64,000 nucleotides of DNA from Torpedo marmorata. Taxonomy: Eukaryota. The stretch spans positions 50,964,001 to 51,028,000 of the forward strand of contig OZ360228.1 in assembly GCA_977017645.1 (NCBI GenBank). Direction: 5' to 3'. The position numbers and the translations under genes are program-made. The notes under the pieces are model-generated. The model saw only the letters and a list, made by a program, of their open reading frames with translations, was not told where the DNA came from and searched no databases. Within the stretch, counting starts at the first letter, position 1. Every line of letters begins with the position of its first letter. Of this stretch, positions 25,690-39,400 are shown one piece after another.

Positions 25690-27110
25690 AGATTTCAGAT
25701 TTCAAATTTATTGTCAGAATACATACATGACATCACCTGAGATTCTATTTCCTGCTGACAAGGCATAATTACCACTCATTGGTAGTGCAAAAAACAACTG
25801 TACACTATGTACACATGTAAACATATAAAGAAATGTAAACAACTGACTGTGCAAAACAGAGAGGAAAATAAACCAATAAAGTGCAAAAGTAAGAGTCCTT
25901 AAATGAGTCCCTGATAGAGTTTGTTGTTGAGAAGTCTGATGGTGGAGGAACCTGGTGGTGAGAGTTTTGTGGCACCTATACCTCTTTCCTGATGGTAGCA
26001 GCGACAACAGAGCGTGTGCTGGGTGGTGTGGATCCTGATGATTGCTGCTGCTCTCTGACGGGAGAGTTCCATGTAGATGTTCTCGATGGTGGGGAGGGTT
26101 TTGCCTGAGATGTCCTGGGCTGTGTCCACTACCTTTTGCAGGGCTTTACATTCGGGAGTATTGGTGTCTCCATACCAGACCGTGATGCAGCCAGTCAGCA
26201 CACTTTCCACCACACATCTGTGGATAGAGGCGGCACGGTTGGCGTAGCGGTTAGTGCAACGCCTTTACAGTGCCAGTGATCAGGACTGGGGTTCGAATCC
26301 TGCGCTGTCTGTAAGGAGTTTGAACGTTCTCCCCGTGTCTGCATGGGTTTTCCCCGGGGTCTCCGGTTTCCTCCCACCATTCGAAACGTACCGGGGTGTA
26401 GGTTAATTGGGTGTAAATTGGGCGGCATGGACTCATGGGCCGAAATGACCTGTTACTGTGCTGTCTGTCTAAAATATATTTAAAAAAATTGGCCAGGGTT
26501 TCTGATGTCATACCAAACCTCCGCAAACTCCTGAGGAAGTAGAGGCACTGACGTGCTTTCATCACGATGCCATTTGTGTGTTGGGTCCAGGAAAGATCTT
26601 CCGAGTTAGTGAGTCCCAAGAACTTAAATTTTCTCACCCTCTCCACCTCTGATCCCTCAATGATCACTGGATCATACACATCTGGTTTTCCCTTCCTGAA
26701 GTCAACAATCAGCTCCTTGCTTTTGGTGACATTGAGTGCGAGTTATTGTTGGTCACCATTCGGCCAAGTTTTCAATCTCCCTCCTGTATGCTGACTCATT
26801 GCCCCTTTTTATACAACCCATATCGTGGTATCGTCAGCGAACTTGTAGATGGTGTTGTTGTCGTACCGAGCCACACAGTCATAGGTGTAAAGCGAGTAGA
26901 GCAGGGGGCTAAGAACGCATCCCTGTGGTGCTCCAGTACTGATGGAGATTGTGGAGGAGATGTTCTTACCAATCCTCACTGATTGTGGTCTGGAGGTGAG
27001 GAAATCAAGGATCCAATTACATAGTGGGGTGTTGAGCCCCAGGTCATGGAGTTTGCTAATCAGTTTTGAGGCGATGATAGTGTTAAATGTCGAACTGTAG
27101 TCAATAAAGT
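25690..27110 (-). mobile_element. Rex1/Babar-type LINE, 5' truncated, interrupted by a SINE
   Basis: RT peptides (KFKFLGLTNSEDLSWTQHT, VESVLTGCITVWYG); tail GACAATAAA then (ATCTGAA)-like repeats. Confidence 0.9.
26228..26488 (+). mobile_element. tRNA-derived SINE (elasmobranch HE1/V-SINE-like) nested in the LINE
   Basis: A box TGGCGTAGCGG, B box GGTTCGAATCC, core ggagtttg..ttctccccgtgtctgc..ggtttcctccca, A/T-rich tail; five copies in the window. Confidence 0.9.
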
Positions 27111-27829
27111 ATTTATGTAGTTAAACGTGTCTCTCAAGAATCCTCTGCCTCATTTTGAGTACCATCTTGTACTGACATGAAGTCTACAGAATACTTAAAC
27201 AGGAATGTTGAAAAACCAGTTCAGACCTTACCTTTTCCCTCAAGGTCACCTGTCAGTCTTTACGTTTCCCATATAAAATCCACAGCCACCAGCTTGATCC
27301 ATGTTGATGAACCTTTCTTGCTCAATGCAACTTACTCGGCTCACAACAGAACTGACGAGTATTCAGGAAGTACGGATATGCTTTCTTCACTCCATTTTCT
27401 AGTTTGGCTCACTGTCATCACTCCAACTTCACTCATCACCTTCCTGTTTGCTTGCTCTTCTCTCCTTGATTCAGCTTTTCTTCTCATCTGAAGGCATATA
27501 ATTAATAATATTACGAATACCTTTTTATACTTCCTTCCAAAAAAAATGATATACGATTTCAATGGAACTATTTGAAATTGTTTCCTCATTCCAATCCATT
27601 AACATTGAGGCGGCGACCAATTTCATATTTAGATGTATTTATCTGAATTAGACCTACCATTGGAAAGAATCAGTACTAGATAATAAAAGCATAGGTTTAT
27701 CTCGTGCACAATACAAATAAAGACAGAAGATATGTGCAAGGAAATTAGAACACTTTTAAAATCCCATTATCAGTTAAATCCTAATTTTCATTCGAGGCCT
27801 TCATTTTGGCAGTTTGCCATTGGCATTCT

Positions 27830-30335
27830 TCTTTTTTCTTTTTAAAATACTTTTATTGAGTTTCAACAAATAAACATGTATACAGAATAACAAATTAAGA
27901 AAAACATTTGAAAAATCATCTTGTATTTAGACATGTATATATATAAAAAAAACAAATAAGTCATCTTAACCAAGTTCTAAATATAAGTTAAAATTCTTAT
28001 TACATTCTAAAAAAAACCAATCCAAAATAAAAAAAACAAGAACAAAAAAAAAGAAAAAACACAAATGACTATTTTAATCTAACCCCTCCCTCTAAACAAG
28101 GTTACCTTTATATTGGAAAAAAAGGGAAAAAATATGGATCCTGGAGCGACCTCCAGGCATCGGACAAAGACTCCTCGGGATAATCAGCTTTATTCCAATC
28201 ATGATAGTATTCAATACCATATCTTTAAAAATTGAAACTTTCTATCTTTAATATTATATCTAATTTTCTCCAAACTCAGATAGGACATTACATCTAGTAA
28301 CCACTATCTATGTGTCGGTGGTGACTCATCTTTCCATTTCAATAAAATTGCTTGTCTTGCTAACAATGTGGAAAAAGCTAAAACTTTTTCCTGTGATGCA
28401 GACAAAGGTATATTTGGTTCATGTGAAAATCCAAACAGAGCAATTCAAGGACATGGTTCTATATTAATCTTAAAAATCAATGATAAAGTTTTAAAAATAT
28501 TGGAGCATTCCCAAAACATATGTATCAGTGAAGCTTCAAAAATTTTACACCTCTCACACAGTGGATCAATGTCAGTGTAAAAACGTGATAGTTTAAGTTT
28601 AGACATATGAATTCTATGTACCACTTTAAATTGTAATAAACAGTGTCTTGCACAAAATGATGAGGCATTAATTAGATTAAGAGTATGATACCAGTTTTCA
28701 TCTGAAAATGTAACATTCAAATCACGTTCCCATTCATTCTTGATCCCCGTCATAGAAGCTACTCTGATTTCCAATAAATCATTATATATACATGATGTTA
28801 ATTCACGTTGGAAAAAGAACCGTAGATTAAAAAGTGAATCAAGAAAATTAGAACTTGGAATTCAAGGAAAATCTGAAAGCTTAGACTGAACAAAATGTCT
28901 AATTTGTAAGTATCTAAAAAAATGTCTATTAGTAAGATTAAATTTATTGACCAATTGTTCAAAAGCGACAAAACTATCTCGAATAAAAAGATAATTAAAA
29001 CTATGAATTCCCAATCTATACCATTCCCTAAATCCTATGTCCATCACAGACGGCTGGAAAAGGTATTTATCTATAATTGGACTAGCCAGAGAAAAACTAT
29101 TAAATCCAAAAAATTTTCTAAACTGTGCCCATATTCTCAACCTATATCTCATTAACGGGTTATGAGTCAATTTAGAAAATGAAAATGATAAAAAGGATCC
29201 TAATATTGCCAACATAGATTTTTTTTTGAAAACTTCAATTCCATTTCCACCCAAGAGGGGCGATTCTCTAACTTATCAAAATGCAATAACAAAAGCAAAT
29301 TATGAATATTAATCGCCCAATAATAAAATCTAAAATCTGGAAGTGATAATCCTCCATTCCTTTTAATTATTTGAAGATGGGATTTATTTATACGTGGTTG
29401 TTTTCCCTGCCATATATATGAAGAAAGAACCGAATCTAATGAAGTAAAAAAAGTTTTAGGAATAAAAATTGGTAAGGATTGGAAAAGATACAGGAATTTA
29501 GGCAAAATATTCATTTTAATCGAATTTATACGGCCCATCATTGTAATAGATAAGGGTGACCAACCCCCTAATTGTAATTTAACCTTGTTGACTAATACCC
29601 AAAAATTTTCTTTCAATAAATTTTTATGGCTTTTTGTAATTGTTATTCCTAAATATTGGAATTGATCATTCACTATTTTAAACGGAAAATTGGGATAACT
29701 AATAAGAGGTCCTCTTAAAGGCAATAGTTCACTCTTGTGTAGATTTAATTTATACCCTGAAAATTAACTAAATTGAGTTAACAAGGTTAATATATTTGGT
29801 ATAGGGACGTCAGGGTTTGAAATAAATAACAGTAAATCGTCTGCATAGAGAGATACTTTACGTTCGATTCTGTTTCTAGTTATACCTTTGAATTCTCTAC
29901 ACTGTCGAAGAGCAACAGCTAAAGGTTCTAATACTATATCAAAAAGCAAAGGACTTAACAGGCAACCCTGACGAGTTCCTCTATTAAGCCAAAACATATT
30001 TGATTGTGGTAAATTAGATTGAACTGAGGCCATTGGGCAAGAATATAATAACTTAATCCATCTAATAAAATCCGAACCAAAATTAAATTTATCTAAAATA
30101 GCAAATAAATATTCCCACTCCACCCGATCAAAAGCCTTTTCAGCATCTAATGAAAGAACACATTCCGTCACTGTAGTAGAGGGTAAATATAAAATATTCA
30201 ACAATCTATTAATGTTATAATAAGAGTAACGATTTTTAATAAACCAGTCTGATCTGAATCGATAATTAAAGGTAGAATATTTTCTCATCTATGTGCTAAT
30301 ACTTCAGACAAAATCTTCATATCCACATTAAGTCT
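27830..30335 (-). mobile_element. L1/Tx1-clade LINE, 5' truncated, disrupted ORF2
   Basis: LSLDAEKAFDRVEW, GTRQGC, SLYADD, YLGI motifs; AATAAA and A-rich tail at ~27830-27857. Confidence 0.92.
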
Positions 30336-30764
30336 AACCTTTAGTTTGTTGACCTTGCCTCCATCTCCAAGGTCAGCATAATTTACACATGGTAATCAAG
30401 CCTCTTAGCGTCAATAATACTTCTCTTTGCATTTAAGAAGAAATTCCACTCTCTGTCATCTACAAAGCATTTATTGATATTAGAGTTACAGGATTATAGA
30501 ACCTTAAGTGCTTCTCAAAATTAGCTATTGTGGAGAAGAATGCACTGGAAAATGAATATCCCTTGTACATGTCCTTTCCTTTGGATTCTTAAATGTTTTA
30601 GTTTCTGACAGGTTTTGTCCATTTACTCTACTGCATGATGCGTTCATGTAATCACTCACCAAACTATCATCCTCTTCCCCACTTTGAGGGGTAGTACAGC
30701 TGAGCGGAGCGGTGGATAGAATCGCCAGCCCCAGTTCATTGTTGTTTTCATTAAATTTCTAATT

Positions 30765-31016
30765 AAAAAAAAAAATAGACATACAGCACGGTAACAGGCC
30801 ATTTCGACCCACGTGTCTGTGCCACCCAATTTACACCCAATTAACCTACACCCCCGGTTTCGAATGGTGGGAGAAAACTGGAACCCCGGGGAAAACCCAC
30901 GCAGACACGTGGAGAACGCACAAACTCCTTACAGACAGCGCGGGATTCGAACCCCGGTCCCGATCGCTGGCACTGTAAAGTCGTTGCGCTAACCGTTATG
31001 CCAACCGTGCCGCCCC
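30765..31016 (-). mobile_element. tRNA-derived SINE
   Basis: Reverse complement of the 26228-26488 element. Confidence 0.9.
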
Positions 31017-31635
31017 AAAAAATCATGTCAGATTTTTCTTGAACCTATTCATGCTCTTGGACCAAACTGTCCAGTGAAGTTTACATCAATGTCAATAAAC
31101 GCCACAGCGAAGAGTCCTCAACAAGATAGCCCCGTAGAACAGATTCACTGTTGATCTTTAGCATGAACAATGATGAATGTCTTCCTTTGTCAACCATTTC
31201 TACGAATAACCAAAGTACACCAATGGACCTCAATTCTTTCCAGTACTTTTTCGTGCAACATTTAGTTGAATACTGCCTTGATTCTGAGAGCAGTTTTTTT
31301 ATCCTTTGTGTCTGGCTTTTATGTCTAAATATTAACCAAATTTCTAAAATCTCCAACCCAAGAGTCAGCGAGTTCATTATTCTAATGGGCTACAAAACAG
31401 TCCAGTTGAGGTGATACTGCAGGTGGAGAAATGGTGGAGCCTGTAGCCCAGTGAGGATTGTCTTGGTCTTGTACTCACATCGCATCTTAGAGAGACTAAT
31501 AGAAAAACTGCACACTGAGAGGAACTAAACACAAATCACATGCACAAGAAGGACGTTTACTTGCATTTAAGTAGAACTGTCTCCAGAGAGGTTTCTTTTT
31601 AGTTGGACTTTGCAATGGACTGATATCTCTGACAG

Positions 31636-32651
31636 TTCTTAGCCCCCTGCTCTACTCACTTTACACCTACGACTGTGTAGCTCGGTATGACAATAACATC
31701 ATCTACAAATTTGCCGACGATACCACGGTAGTGGGTTGTATAAAGGAAGGGGATGAGTCAGCATACAGGAGGGAGATTGAAAACCTGGCTGAATGGTGCA
31801 CCAAAAACAACCTTGCACTCAATGTCACCAAAACTAAGGAGCTGATTGTTGACTTCAGGAAAGGAAAGCCAGAGGTATACAATCCAGTGATCATTGGGGG
31901 ATCAGAGGTGGAGAGGGTGAGCAAATTTAAGTTCTTGGGAGTCACTATCTCGGAGGATCTTTCCTGGACCCAACACACCAATGGCATCAAGAAGAAAGCA
32001 CGTCAGCGCCTCTACTTCCTCAGGAGTTTGCGGAGGTTTGGTATGACACCAGAAACTCTGGCAAAGTTCTACAGAGGTGTGGTGGAAAGTATGCTGACCA
32101 GCTACATCACAGTCTGGTATGGGAACACCATTACCCCTGAGCGTAAAGCCCTCCAAAAGGTAGTGGACACAGCCCAGGACATTACTAGCAAAACTCTCCC
32201 CACTATTGAGTACATCTACAGGGAACGCTGCTGTCGGAGGGCAGCAGCAATCATCAAAGACCCACACCACCCAGCGCACGCTCTGTTCTCACTGCTGCCA
32301 TCAGGAGAGAGGTATAGGTGCCACAAGACTCGCACCACCAGGTTTAGGAACAGCTGCTACCCCTCTACCATCAGAATTCTCAACGACAAAGTCAAATCAG
32401 AGACTCATTTAAGGACTCTTACTCGTGCACTTTATTGATTTTTCTTTGCTCTCTCTGTATTGCACAGTCAGTTTCATTTTCAGTTTCATTCGTTACCTGT
32501 TAGCAGTTCTTTTGATTGTTTACATGTTTACGCTGTGTACAGTTTACTTTTGCATTACCAATTAGTGGTAATTCTGTTGCACCCGCAGGGAAAAAGAATC
32601 TCAGGGTTGTATGTGACGTCATGTATGTACTCTGACAATAAATCTGAAATC
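31636..32651 (+). mobile_element. Rex1/Babar-type LINE, 5' truncated
   Basis: YKFADDTT, open 235-aa RT C-terminus, tail GACAATAAATCTGAAATC; same subfamily as 25690-27110. Confidence 0.92.
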
Positions 32652-34174
32652 AGTGAGAGCTCCAGTCAGTATAGGTGAAGACATATCCTTCAGGATTTGG
32701 CAATATTGGGAGTGCTGCTCCTTATTGACCAGACAGGTACAGAAGTGCATCCATAAGCATCTGTAAAAATACCTCTGACAGTTGACCAGTATGGTTCAGT
32801 AGCAATTAATTCAATGTAATCCTTCTCTTGTCTTTGCTGATTATTGCCCACTACTTCCATTTGTATAACTTTCTCATCTCCCCAAAATTCATTTTGCTCT
32901 CATGTCTTGTAGAGAGACACCTGATTCTTTGTCTTTACAAACTACAAAACATGTGAAGATAATTTTGGTGGATGTGTACTTTATTTTGCCTGAGCATAAC
33001 TTCTATGAAAGCTTGTGAGTTTAAGCTGCGGGGCATGGAAGTAATCTTCTGGAAACCAAGTTTGCGTTTTTTCCTTCTGGGTGGTATATTGTACATTGCT
33101 TCAAAACAAAGGGGTGAGAAAAGTTGCTTAAGCAGTAGATTTACCTGTATTCTGTGCAGTTGGTGGCATATTCATAGCGAGGTAATCCTTTGCAGTCATG
33201 AATGAACAATTATTGTACACAGAAGCACGATGTGCCTTTAGGGTCCCATCAATAACACACTGGACCTTGGGTAACCTTCCTACTTGGCCTTTCATACTGT
33301 TGTCAGTTGTCCATGGGGAAAGTTAAGTGCTACCTCTGGCAAACAATAATGCATCAGTCACCTGCTTTATTGATGTCCCTAGTGGCAGCCTGGATTGAGT
33401 CCGAGACATAAAACACTAGGGCAGAAGTGGACTACAGCATGTCCCAGAGATTGGTTATCATTCAGATTGAAACATATCTATGTCACAGCCTTCCAGGTGA
33501 ATGTAAACCAATGCCTATAGAACTCCTCAGGCAAATCCAGGCTCCTGTTTCCATACATTGGGTTTGGAAGGTAAAAGTGGATGGATGGATTGTAACAACC
33601 ACATGTGTGGTGTCTTTATATACCTCATCCTTTTGGCTTTAAAACAGGAATGTCATTGTGCCACTCGTGTCCAATGCTGTAGTTATCATATGCATTGTAT
33701 CATGGCTAATCACACAAATGATAATTTATCTTCAGGAACTTGAGGTGAAACTATCAGTGCTTGATATTATTGGAGTGATATTGACCACAACTTCCATAGG
33801 ACACATATTTTGCAGCCTTTATCTGCACAAAATGGAAAATCAGTGGTTTTGGTGTTGACAAAGTATTTTGTAGACAACCTTTGAAAATGTTTGGTAATAT
33901 GTATAGGGTATTGATGAGATTTTAATTTATGTTCTAAACCACAGTTACAGTTGGTTAAAATGACAGGTCATAAATTTACATAGCAATTCTCCGATAAACA
34001 TAAAATAAATAAACAATGAAGATTATTGTAAAATGCATTATGATGTTTTATTTCTTCCTTTAGAACTGGGACGTACACAAATGACTATTTTGCTTGCTGG
34101 AGTTTATCAAGAAATATTCACAAATAAATGTACCATGTTTGATGCAAGACCACTTTACTATTGGGTAAACACAT

Positions 34175-34434
34175 TTTAAATTTAAATTTAGACATACAGC
34201 ACGGTAACAGGCCCTTCCAACCCACAAGCCCGTGCCGCCCAATCACATCCAATTGACCTACAACCCCTGGTACGTTTTGGAGGGTGGGAGGAAACCGGAG
34301 CCCCCGGGGAAAACCCACGCAGACACGGGAAGAATGTACAAACTCCTTACAGACAGCGCTGGATTCGAACCCCGGTCCCGATCGCTGGCGCTGTAACAGC
34401 ATTGCGCTAAACGCTATGCTAACCGTGCCACCCC
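34175..34434 (-). mobile_element. tRNA-derived SINE
   Basis: Same family; (TTTAAA)n tail. Confidence 0.9.
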
Positions 34435-36139
34435 TTATTTTCTTCCAATTTCTGATCTTTTCCAATGCTTATCAATTTAACAGTCGTGTTTCTCAGTTCC
34501 ATTACTACTGCTTTAACTTGATGACTTGTTTACCCCCTCATTACCATCAACATTATAAAGACTGCATTGAAGTCCCTGATTTATCTTCCTTCTGGGAGAA
34601 CGTTTAATTATTAGTCTGTGAAGTCTGAAATCCTAGAAATACCTGTAGTCTTTTTTTTCAGCTATGAATAATATCAGAAGTATTAATACACTTGTGAAGG
34701 TGAGTGGTTAAAATGAAACAAATAAATGTTGTGTCAAGTTTAATTCAAGAGATTTTAGGCAGGTGGATGTGGGGCAATGTGACTTTTTTGCCTGTTTGGT
34801 TGAGAGGAGAAATCAAGCAAAATTTGTCATAATTTATTTCCAGCAATTCCTATGGAAGAAAATAGGGATTGATTTGGATGATCCTGGATTTAACTAACCT
34901 ATAGGTGTTCCCGTGAAGCACGCTGGGACTGCATTAATGGTACTATGTAAACATAAGATGCTGCAAGGAAGATGCCCAGGTAATGATCATTTGGAAAAAG
35001 GGACTACAGGTTAGTTGGTGCTGTGGGAGAATATCAGCCACAAGTAATGAAATTCATCAAGATATACAGAATTGGTATAACATACTGTGAAAACTTATTC
35101 TTTCCTAGATTAATGATATTATCAAATAGATTTCCCAACTCACAACAACAGTTAGAAATCTTGCCCACAGACAATAGATTCTGGAGCAAAAACAAACCGA
35201 TGAGGAACTCAGTGGTTCAAGCAGTATCCTCCAAGTGCCTCCAGCAATTTGTTTTTTGCTCTAGATTCCAGCAGCTGTTGTGTCAAGAGACTCTGGAAAC
35301 TGCCCAGGCTTTGGTCCACTGAAACTGGATGTGGTGATAGGCATGACTCCTCATTGTCCTGCAGGAGGTAAACATTGAAATCTGTTCAATTCTCAAAAAA
35401 AAACAACACACCATTTAATTAACAAATAAAGAATCAAGATATATTTTTGTATTGGTTGAGGGAAGTTCTGTTTCAACTTTCTGTTTTGATTGATCTAACT
35501 GCTGGAACCAAATAGACAAGCGTAAATTGATGTCCCTGGTCAAATGTGGCTATGTTCAACAAATAATCCAATTTGCAAATTCTTGGAACAACAATATGAT
35601 AGGCTGAATAGTTTTCTTTGGTGTTAATTTTGTTATCAAGCTATTGATTTGCATCAGCTCACATTCTTTTATACTGTTGTGAGCTTTTAAAGAAGCTAAA
35701 TGGATGGCAGTTATAGAAAACTAGTTGGACTAAAACTGACGTGATTTGTTGTACAATTTAATAAGAATATGTTCACTCACCTTTAGTTACTATTCAAGTT
35801 TAAAGTTTTGATTGTCCCTTCAAAAGAAAGATGTTTTAACTTTTGGGTAATTAAGTCAACATTGCTGTCACTTAACAATGACATTGGTGATATGATGGAA
35901 AAGAATGTCATGGTTTTTCCCAATACATGGAAATGCAGATAGTTTTTTGTTTTATTGGTGACACATTTAACTTTCAAACATTGTCCATGAATACGTTGGG
36001 GAACTGCATTTAGGCCCCACGTAACTCTTACTTCCTCTCAATGTTTTCTCAATTTAATTCTTAGTTTAATGTGGGCATCATGGTGCAGACCTTGTGGGTT
36101 AAAGGCCTTGTTCCTGTGCTGTACCATTCTATGTCGAAG

Positions 36140-36430
36140 ACCTAATGGGTTTGAGCGAAGCAATAACTACTGGAGAGAAGTTGGCATGGATTAAAATAGA
36201 ATTAGATAAGATAGGAGAAAAAATACCAGGATTTTATATATAAATGGGAATCTAAATTAATAACAGGTGAGAGAGAAACCCCTCTGTTGAAACATTTGAT
36301 TAATATGTGGAAAAATATAAACATTGATGATGAAATGAAGGAATCTCTGTTATCAAGAATGTCTTTAATTCAAAATCGACTCATTCCTTTTACAATGGAT
36401 AATCAACTTTTAAATATATGGTCTCGTAAA
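36140..36430 (+). mobile_element. L1/Tx1 ORF2 fragment (left part of a split element)
   Basis: LIQNRLIPFTMDNQLLNIWSRKG aligns by eye with LYQNKLIPFTVDNQLFKIWFQKG of the 51706 ORF. Confidence 0.85.
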
Positions 36431-39400
36431 GGAGTGAGTGGCACAGGGAAGGAGTGGAGCACTGAGGCTTTGGCTCAAGAGGCTTCGGCGCAGAGAGGTT
36501 GAGACACTTTAAAAGAGGTAAGTTTCTTCTTTCTAATTTGTCACTTTGATCAGTTAAAACTACTGTGCACGTTTCAGACATGGCAGGTGAGCTCCAACCC
36601 GTGTCATGTTCCTCCTGTGCCATGTGGAAACTCAGGATGACTGATAGTGTTCCTGAGGTTTACGTGTGCACAAAGTGTGTACAGCTACAACTGCTGATAG
36701 ACCGCATGACGGCACTGGAGCTGCGGATGGACTCACTTTGGAGCATCCGGGATGCGGAGGTGATGGTGGATAGGACATTCAGTGAGTTGGTCACGCCGCA
36801 GTTTAAGAGAGCAGAAGTAGATAAGGACTGGATGACCAGCAGCAAGAGCAGAAACAGAAAGGTAGTGAGGGAGTCTCCTGCAGTCATCACACTCCATAAC
36901 AGATATACCACTTTAGATATGGTTGGGGGAGATGGCCCACCAGGAGAAGGCAGTAGAAGCCAGGATCATGGCTCTGTGAGTGGCTCAGCTATGAAAGAGG
37001 GAAGTAAAAAGACAGGTAGAGCAATAGTTATAGGGGACTCTATAGTGAGAGGAACAGATAGGAGCTTCTGCGGCCGCAAAAAGGACTCCCGGATGGTGTG
37101 CTGCCTCCCGGGTGCAAGGGTCAAGGATGTCTCGGAGCGGCTGCAGGACATTCTGGAAGGGGAGGGTGAACAGCCAGCTGTCGTGGTCCATATTGGTACC
37201 AACGATATAGGAAAAATGTGAGATAAGCTCCTACAAGCTGAATTTAGGGAGCTAGGAAATAGATTAAGGAGTAGGACCTCAAAAGTAATAATCTCAGGAT
37301 TATTACCAGTACCACGAGCTAGTGAGAATACAAATAACAGAATTGTCAGAATGAATATGTGGCTTGAACAATGGTGCTGGAGGGAAGGTTTCAGTTTCTT
37401 GAAGCATTGGAACCGGTTCTGGGGCAGATGGAACCAATACAGGCCAGACGGTTTACATCTGGGCAGGGGCGGGATAAATGTACTTGGGAGTTCTTTTGCT
37501 AGTGCTGTTGGGGAAGGTTTAAACTAGTGGGGCAGGGGAATGGGAACCTACACAGAAAAAATGAGGAAGGTGGTACAGAGACCAAAGAAAGTGATAGGAA
37601 AAAGACAAAGAGAAATAGAGGGCAGAAAAATCAAAATCAAAAGCAAAGCATACAGAAGTCACTAGATTCTAAAAGGTCAATGAGCATAAGGGCACTTTAT
37701 CTGAATGCCCGCAGTATTAGAAACAAGGTTAGTGAACTTGAGGCGCAAATCGGTACCCAGGCATATGATTTAGTGGCCATCACAGAAACATGGCTACAAG
37801 ATGACCATAATTGGGAATGAAACTTTCAAGGGTATCAGGTAGTACAAAAGGATAGACAGGATGGTAAGGGAGGAGGTGTGGCGCTCTTAATCAAGGATGA
37901 GTTCAAGGCAATAGTGAGAGATGATATAAGATCTAAGGAACATAATGTTGAGTCCACCTGGGTGGAGATTAAGAATAACAAAGGGAAAAAAATCACTGGT
38001 GGGTGTTGTCTATCGCCCACCAAATAACAATAATACAGTGGCACAGGCAATAAACAGAGAGATAAGTGAGGCATGTAAGAATGGAACAGCAGTTGTCGTG
38101 GGGGACTTTAACTACCACGTAGATTGAGAAAATCAAGTTGGTCACGGGAGTCTGGAAGAAGACTTCATAGAATGCATCCGTGATAGCTTTCTTGAGCAGC
38201 ATGTTAAGGAACCAACAAGAGTGAATGCTATTTTGGATCTAGTATTGTGCAATGAGATAGGTAGAGTAAATGACGTAATAGTTAGGGACCCTCTTGGAAA
38301 TAGCGATCATAGTATGATTGAATTTCTCATACAGATGGAAGGGGAAATAGTTAGATCTAAAACTAATGTATTATGCTTAAACAGGGGAGACTATCACAGG
38401 ATGAGAGAGGAATTGGTCAGCGTGGACTGGGAGCACAGGCTAGTTGGTAGAACAGTTGAGGAACAGTGGAAGATTTTCAAGGAGATTTTTCACAATGCTC
38501 AACAAAAATATATTCCAGTTAAGAATAAGGGCAGCAAGAGAGGGAAGAGTCAGCCGTGGTTAACTAAGGAAATAAAGGAGAGTATAAAATTAAAAGCTCA
38601 GGTGTACAAAGTTGCAAAGAGTAGTGGGAAACTGGAAGATTGGGAAAACTTTAAAAGACAACAAGTGATAACAAAGCGGGTAATAAGAAAGGGGAGAAAG
38701 AATTATGAAGGTAAATTGGCACAAAATATAAAAACAGATAGCAAAAAATTTTATAAATATATAAAACGGAAGAGGGTGGCTAGAGTTAACATAGGACCCT
38801 TGGAAAATGAGAAGGGGAAATTGATATTGAATAATGAGGAAATGGCCGAGGCCTTGAACAAATATTTTGTGTCAGTCTTCACGGTGGAAGACACGTCCAG
38901 CATGCTAAAGAGTGGAGATAGGGATGCGAATGTTGGTGAAGGCCTTGATAAAATAGTTGTTACAAAGGAGATAGTGATGAAGAAACTAATGGGACTAAAG
39001 CCAGACAAATCCCCTGGTCCTGATGAAATGCATCCCAGGGTTCTGAGGGAAATGGCAGAAGTTATAGTCGATGCATTGGTGGTCATATACCAAAATTCTC
39101 TGGATCCTGGGCAGGTCCCGGCAGATTGGAAGACAGCAAATGTCACGCCACTTTTTAAGAAGGGATGTAGGCAGAAGACTGGGAACTATCGGCCAATTAG
39201 CTTAACGTCTGTAGTTGGGAAAATGCTTGAAGCTGTCATTAAGGATGAAATAGTGAGACATTTAGAATGAAAGGGTTCAATCAGGCAGACGCAGCATGGG
39301 TTTAGGAAGGGCAGATCTTGTTTGACAAACTTGTTAGAGTTCTTTGAGGACATAATGGGTGCGGTAGATAGAGGGGAACAGGTTGATGTTGTATATTTGG

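Noticed and set aside
26228-26310. tRNA gene
   Set aside because: A and B boxes are present but it is the head of a SINE repeated five times, with no proper cloverleaf or terminator
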